Source: Amoeboradix gromovi X-113
Lineage: Eukaryota > Fungi > Sanchytriomycota
Assembly (NCBI GenBank): GCA_018985225.1
Contig: JADGIF010000103.1
Coordinates: 1-19,900, forward strand
Length of the DNA: 19,900 nucleotides
Reading direction: 5' to 3'
Under the pieces are notes generated by a model. It was not told where the DNA came from. It ran no database searches and worked only from the letters and a program-made list of their open reading frames with translations. A program made the position numbers and the translations under genes. Each line of letters begins with the position of its first letter. The first letter of the stretch is position 1. This document shows positions 12,401-19,900 of the stretch, piece after piece.

Positions 12401-13449
12401 CCTAGGTGCACTGAGTAGCGATGACGCAGATGATGATTTGATCTATCAAATACTAATGGTAAATAAGACTAATATAGGTGTTGAAATACTCGTTGACTCA
12501 TTTTGAACCAGACGATAGTGATTTAGCATGCTCCACGATTATTTGCTTAACCAATATAATGCACGGAAACTTGTACCAAAGTGACTTTACACGTAAAATT
12601 ATATGGATAGCAATATATCTGCTTTTACTTGGACATAAGAAGCTCTACATATATAGCTTAAACTTGTTAGAAGCTAGCTTAAACAGTTTAGACCAAAATG
12701 GTTATTTTCTAGAAAAAGGACTAATAGAATCATTGTTGCAAGTTAAACAAAGTTTTGATGAGAGTAGTAGAAGCATGGATAAGCAAACCGGACTGAACTT
12801 TGAACTTGATTTTGGATTTGCGCTTAGCAGTGCTCTAGCAAAAGGGCTAAGCGATAAAGACACGAAGGGCCCTACTGAGACCGTAATAGTCAGTTTATTG
12901 AATTTGTGTGATGTGAATACGAATAAGAACAAGTCTGAACTGGTAGGACTAGTATTGCTGATGATATGCAGCGAGCAGTATGATGTGGGAGAAATAGTGT
13001 TGGAATTGAATAAAAATGATGCTAGCATTTTTGAGGTAATGCACTGTGAGAGTGACACTTCAATCTTATTTATCATGACAATGGCGTTAAACTTTTTATA
13101 CTTGGATATACCAGAACAAACTCTGCAACAACTCTTTGCAATACTGTACGAGGGAGTGCAATTAAGGCCAGATATATTTGCGGCAATAAGTCCAAAACTT
13201 ATTGTGAGGCTAAGACAGTTAGCAAAGAATACGTTCAATGACGGATTTAAACAGAATATAACTAATCTGTATATAAAAGCTGTGGAAGTATTGGGCAAAT
13301 ACAACATTCAACTTAGCGTGCTGCTGGAAGAGACTGGATTTCAGAGTTTAGCAGAGCCGCTATTGTTTGACACAAATAAGAATAGGCAAAGACAACTAGC
13401 AATGCATGTAGACAGTTTAATAAGTTCGATAATAAATGACGAAGAATGA
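6411..13449 (+). CDS. NF1: Neurofibromin/IRA-type Ras GTPase-activating protein, join(6411..12458,12478..13449), 2339 aa
   Basis: Arginine finger VIFRRNSMSTK; RasGAP signature SGYFFLRFICPAITSPE; AKCIQNLAN..FGNKEEWMIPMNSFI; a following Sec14/PH-like region; C-terminal motif SAFQYNKILQPRAFVALGAL..DDDLIYQILM|VLKYSL, continuous after removing a 19-nt intron. Confidence 0.93.
12459..12477 (+). other. 19-nt spliceosomal intron (phase 0)
   Basis: GTAAATAAGACTAATATAG: GT...AG with ACTAAT branch site. Removal joins the 2031-aa and 323-aa ORFs in frame. Confidence 0.85.
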
Positions 13450-13494
13450 ACTCACAATAAATGATATCACTACAAACATGATAATTTTTATAAC

Positions 13495-14943
13495 ATGTGG
13501 GAACTTTTTGTGGGCATCGTGTATATTATAATTTGTCCTTTTACAAAAGTGGAGGAGAGCTTTAATATGCATGGAATATATGACATTGTCAATGGCAGTA
13601 TAATATGGGATCACGAGATATACCCTGGACCAATACATAGAACATTTATAGGAAATGCAATAATTGGGATTTTTGGATACATACCCTGCAACATTTTAAA
13701 GATTCTATACCAAGGACCGTATATTGGAATAATTCAGCAGACGCTAATTAGAATAATGCTCTACCTTATAAATGTAATGGTGCTAGAGATATATTCAAAT
13801 AGGTTGCTGACATATAAAGCCAATTTTTTATTAATTACGTTTACGCAGTTTCATTTGCCATTCTACTTGTCGCGGACTATACCAAATACGTTTGCATTTC
13901 CGTTGGTTCTGCTTGGATTAACAGACTGGATTTCAAGTTTATATGACTCAAAATATACGAGGAACGCTGTGCGGCTAGTCATATACGCGTCAGTCATATT
14001 TAGATGTGAAATAGGCGTATTGTTACTAGCAATATTGATGTTCGAAAAACTTCAAAGCAGGCCTATTTTAAACTACGCCGCAATAATAGTTTACGATGCA
14101 CTTGTTGCCATATCCATAACAGTGCTAATAGACAGCTGGTTTTGGGATACTTTGACCTGGCCAGAACTGTCAGGATTTGTGTACAACGTACTATTTAATA
14201 AATCTTTGAACTGGGGTGCACAACCATTTTATCAGTACGGCGTAGAAATAATTAAAATATGTAATATTGCGTTGCTGTTTTTACCTTTTGCCTTTCACAA
14301 TCACTTGGCATACAAACTTCTCTTTTTATCAGCGTTTGTTATTTCAGTAATGTCAATTCTTAAACATAAAGAGTGGCGATTTATTATGTACGTGATTCCT
14401 TTAATAAATTCGATAGCTGCTATAGGGATGCACAGATTGTACTCAATCATTGGTAAGATTGTTTATTTGGTTCCCGTTTGTCAATTTTTATTATCTTTGC
14501 TATTTGTGTATATCTCCAGTCTGAACTATGCAGGAGGATATGCTAGCATATCATATGCATCGCAAACGCAAATTGAAAATCCATACCAGCTGTGGAGTAA
14601 TGCATTTTACGATGTGATTAGTCCTAGCCAATATCCAAATAGCTCAATTTACATTGATTTTGGAACCAAACAAATGGGTGCAACACTATTTGTATATCCC
14701 TTGTACGAAAAGCCCGATGCAAGAGATGCGAAACCACCTTACCACGTGGGAATTCGTTCTAGTGAACTCGATATTGATAGAATCAATGAGAGTGAAGAAA
14801 TACTGGCATCTGATTACCTGCTAACTACAGCGAAGCTAGACCATGTAGCTGAGTGGTGCATAAAAGGATATTCTAAAATAAGTTGGAATTGCCGAAATCT
14901 TGTCTGCGTGGATAATAAAACGTGCTTGTTCAAGATAAGTTAG
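13495..14943 (+). CDS. ALG12: Dol-P-Man:Man7GlcNAc2-PP-Dol alpha-1,6-mannosyltransferase (GT22)
   Basis: PFTKVEESFNMHG, WDHEIYPGPIHRTFIG, QFHLPFYLSRTIPNTFA, IFRCE, IDSWFW...WPE, HKEWRFIMY, NYAGG; many TM segments. Confidence 0.92.
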   Translation: MWELFVGIVYIIICPFTKVEESFNMHGIYDIVNGSIIWDHEIYPGPIHRTFIGNAIIGIFGYIPCNILKILYQGPYIGIIQQTLIRIMLYLINVMVLEIYSNRLLTYKANFLLITFTQFHLPFYLSRTIPNTFAFPLVLLGLTDWISSLYDSKYTRNAVRLVIYASVIFRCEIGVLLLAILMFEKLQSRPILNYAAIIVYDALVAISITVLIDSWFWDTLTWPELSGFVYNVLFNKSLNWGAQPFYQYGVEIIKICNIALLFLPFAFHNHLAYKLLFLSAFVISVMSILKHKEWRFIMYVIPLINSIAAIGMHRLYSIIGKIVYLVPVCQFLLSLLFVYISSLNYAGGYASISYASQTQIENPYQLWSNAFYDVISPSQYPNSSIYIDFGTKQMGATLFVYPLYEKPDARDAKPPYHVGIRSSELDIDRINESEEILASDYLLTTAKLDHVAEWCIKGYSKISWNCRNLVCVDNKTCLFKIS

Positions 14944-15149
14944 TTGAGACCTATTACGACAAAATATCCTCATATTACTGCAGTTCTCTACTCACTTTGA
15001 ATATGTCATTTCTTGTGGTTAACAACCTATATCGCTACAGTATGCTCTGTTTCTAACAATTTAACTGCGCGAAAACCCGATATTCTTTCTTATCATCTTA
15101 TTCGTATCTTCATATTACCACAGCCAGAAGACGGCACACCTTAATGCAC

Positions 15150-15472
15150 CAATAAGGGATAAGGAATCGGGATTGTAAATTTAGTGAAAGTTCCAAAGAT
15201 GGTCCACGTGCAAAGAAAGAGGAAAGACGCTGCTTTATAGAATTAGGTGTTTATTAGGTAAGGGTTTAAACCTGCGGGACCTAAATAAAACCAATTTGGA
15301 GACATAAACATGTACAAACTGTCTTTTGGAAGTGGATAGAGACCAAGTAACATGTTCCTACATGCATCACTGCTCAACCTCACTACACTGTAGTGAAAGC
15401 TTGAGCGACTAGCGCTGTCAATTTCTCTTTAAAATACTTGATTTCTTAAAAGTCAAGAATTTCAAAGAGGAG
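15150..15472 (+). mobile_element. Fanzor/TnpB relic A (internally deleted; not in the ORF track)
   Basis: Translates to CKERGKTL (from 15209) ... LNKTNLET*TCTNCLLEVDRDQ (zinc finger + RuvC-III DRD). DNA-level similarity to relic B. A possible IRNRIVNLV remnant lies near 15159-15186. Ends in GAGGAG at 15467-15472. Confidence 0.8.
15360..15472 (+). ncRNA. Candidate omegaRNA scaffold of Fanzor relic A
   Basis: Hairpin GCTCAA..CACTAC-act-GTAGTG..TTGAGC (15372-15406) and a long terminal hairpin 15422-15472. Position at the 3' end of the nuclease ORF is typical of TnpB/Fanzor RNAs. Confidence 0.55.
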
Positions 15473-15514
15473 CTTCGCAAAAATCTTTTGAAAGTTGCAT
15501 TTGAAACACACCAA

Positions 15515-16644
15515 ATGTCATTTTATCAGCAATCAATACCAGGTCTCCGGATAGTATTAAAAGTAAATGATATACTAATTATATTTGTAGCTATAGCAAT
15601 ACTCTTTATATCCGGTGGATTGACAATACTTCGATGGAGTCTAGCCATACCAGAAATACAAATCAACTATACAAACTGTCGAGGAACCCCATTGGATATT
15701 AACTACATGTACTACGGCTCATCAGACATACAGGATTTAAATCTAGGATGGTCCACTACTGTTGTAGATGGTCAGGAGCAATGTATAATTGATTTTTATG
15801 TACCAGAAGATATCCAAAACCCATTGGTGTACTATCAGTTGGACAACTTCTACCAGTCGAATCGAGTTTTCGTTAAAAGTTTCTCATACAAGCAACTGGT
15901 AGGAAATGCAATCACCGACAAAGACAAACTAAATCTTGAATGCGGTAATTCTGGAATGAGCGGTGATAAGATCGTTTATCCGTGTGGTAGCGTACCTAAC
16001 ACTATGTTTAATGATACTTTAGTAGAAATAGATATGATCACTGGAATAGGACTCAATCCAAGTAGAAACTTGAATCTCTTTACATACAAGGACATTGGAT
16101 GGACAAGTAGAACAGTTTTGTACAAAAATACCTCCTATGACGCTAGTAAAGTGGTGCCGCCAAGTAACTGGATCATTAAGTATGACGACTCAAATATTAA
16201 TGTTATTACAACATCTCCTAAATTTAGAGTTTGGACTCATCTTGCAGCATTTCCAGTGTTTAGGAAACTTTGGTCTAGAATGAATGACACATTAGTTCAA
16301 GGGTATTATCGTTTAACCATCCAGGACAGTATTTCGCGACTAATGTAGACTACCCTTCAACGGATTACTCAAGCAACAAGTCGATAATTATTACCAGAAC
16401 TAATATCCTAGGAGGTAGGAACATATACCTGGGATTATTCTGTATATTAGCAGGGCTGTTATATCTTTTTGGGGCTGGATTGATTTATGCAAAGAACAAA
16501 CAACACCCAAGAAATATGGGAGATTCGCATTTAATTGAGTTTATGGATGATATAAGGACACTGAGTCCTGTGGCTGAGTCATTAGAAGTTGTGACTACTG
16601 CTCCAAAGCTACAGAGACGAAAAACAAGGGACTATACTCAATAA
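15515..16644 (+). CDS. CDC50: CDC50/LEM3-family P4-ATPase (flippase) beta subunit, join(15515..16328,16349..16644)
   Basis: FYQQ, INYTNC, YYQLDNFYQSNRVFVKS..QL.G, YPCG..PNTMFNDT, IGW, FRVW..LAAFPVFRKLW. After a 20-nt intron: NYP...KSIIITRTNILGGRNIYLG + TM2 + PRNMGD; stop TAA 16642-16644. Confidence 0.92.
16329..16348 (+). other. 20-nt spliceosomal intron (phase 1)
   Basis: GTATTTCGCGACTAATGTAG. Removal restores the conserved CDC50 C-terminus missing from the ORF track. Confidence 0.9.
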
Positions 16645-17046
16645 ATTAGCTAAAACAATTGTACTACTTTGAACAACTTGGGAGCTATTATAAACAGGAT
16701 ACTTTAACTTAATGCGATTTTTAGTTCTTTTCGGGTTGAAAATGTATGAGGGACATGTGCCGCAATTATCCAAGAAATATAGTTTCACATATGCTATGAA
16801 TTTGGATAAGCGAAAAAAAGAGATACAGCGGAAGATTATTTTAGGTAGTCACAAACTTTTTAAATCAAATGAGAATTTGAACCCTTGAATAGGAGTACTC
16901 GGTAAAATCATTACATGCAAATATTTTCATTAACGTACAATAAATTCAGTCATCTACATAGTCAATTCACGACAGATGTTTGGAATGCAATCATCGATAC
17001 CATTTATTTCAACGGTGCAATTTCTCCCCAATCTCATGTATATGAT

Positions 17047-17180
17047 CTCCTCGTTAAAAGTCCTGATTTCCGAGAAAATCGAGAATTTCCACAGAGAAAC
17101 TAGCAATACTAGATGTTCCGTTGCAGTGATTGCTCACGCTTTCGCTACCCAGAGTGGAGATAGAATAAGGATGCATATAC
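17047..17180 (-). ncRNA. Candidate omegaRNA scaffold of Fanzor relic B
   Basis: Minus strand has GC-GAAA-GC and GTGA-GCAA-TCAC GNRA hairpins and a terminal hairpin TTTCTC...GAGGAG (17099 to 17047) homologous to that of relic A. Confidence 0.55.
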
Positions 17181-17445
17181 TTGATGTGTATGTTCCTTGC
17201 TGCCATATGGTCTCCACTTCCAAATGAGACTTTCTACAAGTGTAAGTTTCTAAGCTGGTTTTCTTTAGAGCACCACACCTTGTACATGTCCGACTAGTAA
17301 ATGATTCATTACATTCGATTATCGTCTTTCCTCTTTGGTTGCACTTGAACTTCAAGCGTTCCTTGAATAAATTGTACAGATATCGCTTTCCTGGCGTCGA
17401 AAGACATCTAATTGTTCCATGCTTGGACCAGTTCCTCAGTGTTGA
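17047..17445 (-). mobile_element. Fanzor/TnpB relic B (Fanzor2/IS607-TnpB-like C-terminal fragment)
   Basis: LFKERLKFKCNQRGKTIIECNESFTSRTCTRCG...YTCRKSHLEV, then after a 4-nt deletion DHMAARNI: the ExxTSxTCxxCG zinc-finger and DRDxxAAxNI RuvC-III motifs. Upstream boundary approximate. Confidence 0.88.
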
Positions 17446-17451
17446 TGAATG

Positions 17452-17606
17452 TATGCTTTACCTGTTAGTAGTTTCTTTAGATTTGATTTACCATTTGTGA
17501 ATAGGAAGAATATCGAGTATTTAAGCTATTAGAAAAGTCTTAAAATTATACAAAAATACATACAAATTCGCGATAAATGATTTATTCAAGAAAACAATCG
17601 AGCTGC
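17452..17606. repeat. Dispersed repeat, copy 2 (direct repeat of 1-165)
   Basis: Aligns with 1-165; abuts the 5' side of Fanzor relic B. Confidence 0.9.
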
Positions 17607-18114
17607 TTCATCTTTACGTTTAAAGTCCTGTTTCCTAAAAAATCAAGAATATCCAGAGAAACCGGCAATACCAGTCGCTTTTTTACACCAAGTAGCTGAT
17701 GCCAATGGAATCATAAAGAGTGGTTGAATAAGGATGCAAGCACATTTTCTTCGACACCATACCGTCTTTATCTGCTTGTAAATGACCGCTGTCAATATCT
17801 CTAATAATTTTGGCACTTGTGGAGTGCCTAACAAAGTACTGAATAATTTTCAATATGCTCCTGTAGTTTATAGGGTGAAACCCTCGCAGATAAAATGATC
17901 TCTTGAGGAAGATGCGCAAATATCAATCGGCTATTGAATGTGTTAAGCAAATGCAGATATTTGCTTCTTTGAGCTAACAAACTTCTGATATTTCCTGCAG
18001 ATGTATACACTTCAGGTAACACGTTTGATATCTTTGATTTCACATACTCTAACTGTTTTTAAGTCTGGTACAAAGATAAAAAGAAAAATATGAACAAAAA
18101 AAGACAAATTTTTA

Positions 18115-18297
18115 ATGGAAAATGTAGATGAAAAATCACTAACTTGTCATCGTAAAGTTCTTGCAGCTGATTTCAGAACATGCAAGCTGTGTTACTTGGC
18201 CATCAGTTAATGCTGCAGTTGTCAGTCGCAACCTTTATCTGTAAGCAAAAACGATAATTCTCTTGTTGAAATTTTAATCTGAACATCTCAACAGCAG
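18115..18297 (+). mobile_element. Possible third, more eroded Fanzor/TnpB relic C
   Basis: VDEKSLTCHR...RTCKLCYLAI, then VNAA in a shifted frame, followed by TTCTCTTGTTGAAAT...TCAACAGCAG resembling the terminal hairpin of relics A and B. Confidence 0.4.
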
Positions 18298-18454
18298 CTA
18301 CTACGCTATTCCAGCACATCTCTGCATCTACAAAGATGAATTGTATTATTTGGCCTCGTTCTACACGATTTTACGATAAAGCTCTTGTTCATACGTGATG
18401 GATAGTCTTATGGTGCAATGTTAAAGTTACATTGCGATATAGAAACTCCCTGAA

Positions 18455-19114
18455 ATGTTAACTGTTATGGTACTTGTTAGTGCAATTGTGAATGCGATGG
18501 GTGGCCCTAGTGCTTACTCAACTGCTGCATATAAAGCAAAGGCAGAATTAATGAAACATTTTACAGAGCCTTCTTTTAGTGACGAGAAGTACTTGTTGAG
18601 TTGTATGATGGATCCCGAGGCATCTGAATGCTTTGGCAGTATTGGTTATGGCAAGTTAATTGAGACGTCCAGAAACGGCCTTCTTAGACAGAAAATGAAT
18701 GGTATTTTCAGTGACCAGGAAGTAGTCGAGCAGGCGAGAATCTTAAAAGCAAGCAATCCTGACTTGTTTGACGAACATAGTGCTCTGATGAGTACTGCAG
18801 TAACCAAATTTGGCGTTCCTGTTTGTGCTGCCCCTGATACTAACTCCATCCATAGAGATTTAAAAAAAAGAAATGGTTATGGCATTGGTGCTCTTGCTCT
18901 CGGCTGTGCGGCAGTCGTATTCTTAACTCCGGGATTAGTTTTGGCCATCCACTTTGGCAAAATCGCACTTGGGGCTCTTGCTACAGGAATTGGTGCCAGT
19001 CATCTTATATCTGAGTTTTTTTGGTTTGCACTGGGATTGTCATTATCAATAGACGGTGCAGCTCTTGCTATTTCTAGCGCTTGCGTGGGTTGCTTCAGCT
19101 GCTGCTTTGATTAG
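18455..19114 (+). CDS. Orphan secreted precursor: signal peptide, Cys pro-region, KKR site, Gly/Ala-rich hydrophobic C-terminus
   Basis: MLTVMVLVSAIVNA signal-like start; LKKR with KKR at 18863-18871; last 80 aa almost entirely hydrophobic, ending CVGCFSCCFD; AATAAAT at 19120. Confidence 0.8.
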   Translation: MLTVMVLVSAIVNAMGGPSAYSTAAYKAKAELMKHFTEPSFSDEKYLLSCMMDPEASECFGSIGYGKLIETSRNGLLRQKMNGIFSDQEVVEQARILKASNPDLFDEHSALMSTAVTKFGVPVCAAPDTNSIHRDLKKRNGYGIGALALGCAAVVFLTPGLVLAIHFGKIALGALATGIGASHLISEFFWFALGLSLSIDGAALAISSACVGCFSCCFD

Positions 19115-19370
19115 AACAAAATAAATCTTTCGGAGTTTTAAAATATAATTTATTCTTCCAGCTACTTGAAGGAGCAACGCATTTAGAAGGACTAAGATTT
19201 TCAATGCGTAGACTTTGGCAGACAAGACTCGATAATTGGCTGCTTAGCAAACTAAATAAATATAGCAGGCCTGTAACAAAACAAGCCCCCCACGTTTTGT
19301 TGTGTAAGCCACTTCTGTTTTCAGCTAATCAAATAGCACCTCGTCACCAAAACAATTACCCACTCTTCAA

Positions 19371-19900
19371 ATGTTATTGAAATTACCAGTTCACCAGGTC
19401 CTAGCAATTTTAGCGTTTTCAATATCCATAGACTGCCCAGATGTCGTTAATCTTGCTACTGGACTCGCAATGGGTGTATCTAATCCTAAATTGTTGAAAA
19501 CCCTTCAAGTAGACTGCTGCACCAGTTATGGAGTTTATTGTAAATCTGAACGCGTAGATTCCATAAATTGGTTTGGAATGAAATTAGCCGGAAGCATAAA
19601 CACTACTGCTTTACCCAGGATGCTAACATATCTTAACTTGGAAGGGAACAAGATAGCTGGAGAACTGCGAGGGGACCCACCGTCTACTCTGGAAGTGTTT
19701 TACATTGGCATTAACTTGATCACAGGTAGGTTACCTGATATGCCATTGCCAAATCTGCAAGAAATTGATGCTAGTCAAAACAAATTTAACGGATCTATAC
19801 CCTCTCTTTCCAACACATTAGGATTTTTCTCAATCTCCTTCAATGAGATCTCAGGCTGTATCCCAGGCACATTGCCACCTGGTATGTACATGATGAAGGC
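19371..19900 (+). CDS. Secreted plant-type leucine-rich repeat protein (5' part; runs off the window)
   Basis: Open frame from ATG 19371: hydrophobic leader, cap DCCTSYGVYC...VDSINW..MKLAGSI, repeats LTYLNLEGNKIAGEL, LEVFYIGINLITGRLP, LQEIDASQNKFNGSIP, LGFFSISFNEISGCIP. Confidence 0.88.
   Translation, partial: MLLKLPVHQVLAILAFSISIDCPDVVNLATGLAMGVSNPKLLKTLQVDCCTSYGVYCKSERVDSINWFGMKLAGSINTTALPRMLTYLNLEGNKIAGELRGDPPSTLEVFYIGINLITGRLPDMPLPNLQEIDASQNKFNGSIPSLSNTLGFFSISFNEISGCIPGTLPPGMYMMK

Noticed and set aside
12478-13449. 323-aa ORF as a separate gene
   Set aside because: It starts at GTG right after an intron AG and is exon 2 of the neurofibromin gene
6992-13638. Minus-strand ORFs inside NF1 and ALG12 (including the 201-aa 12702-13307)
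   Set aside because: Antisense shadows of conserved genes, with no recognisable motifs
16766-16809. Inverted repeat TTATCCAA...TTGGATAA
   Set aside because: An 8-bp stem in AT-rich DNA with no second copy or context; compatible with chance
17643-18043. Three overlapping short minus-strand ORFs
   Set aside because: Possibly a decayed gene, but I recognise no family motif and they do not match Fanzor N-terminal features

Overview
AT-rich, very gene-dense eukaryotic DNA in the standard genetic code. The gene content (neurofibromin/IRA RasGAP, ALG12, CDC50, CAP59/GT69) and 19-20 nt GT-AG introns point to a compact early-diverging fungus; a sanchytrid-like lineage is my guess, not demonstrated. 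A housekeeping core (NF1-like 6411-13449, ALG12, CDC50) is flanked by accessory DNA. That DNA holds a CAP59-family pseudogene partly duplicated as an inverted repeat around an orphan secreted/membrane gene, a Sola-like transposase relic running in frame into an NTPase + PD-(D/E)xK nuclease gene, two orphan precursors with an apparently shared pro-domain and KR cleavage site, and a plant-type LRR gene. The main hidden signal is two, possibly three, decayed Fanzor/TnpB elements. Two flank CDC50 in convergent orientation and keep a covarying 3' hairpin and a shared GAGGAG end (candidate omegaRNA scaffold and element right end). All family calls come from motif recognition by eye; no searches were run.
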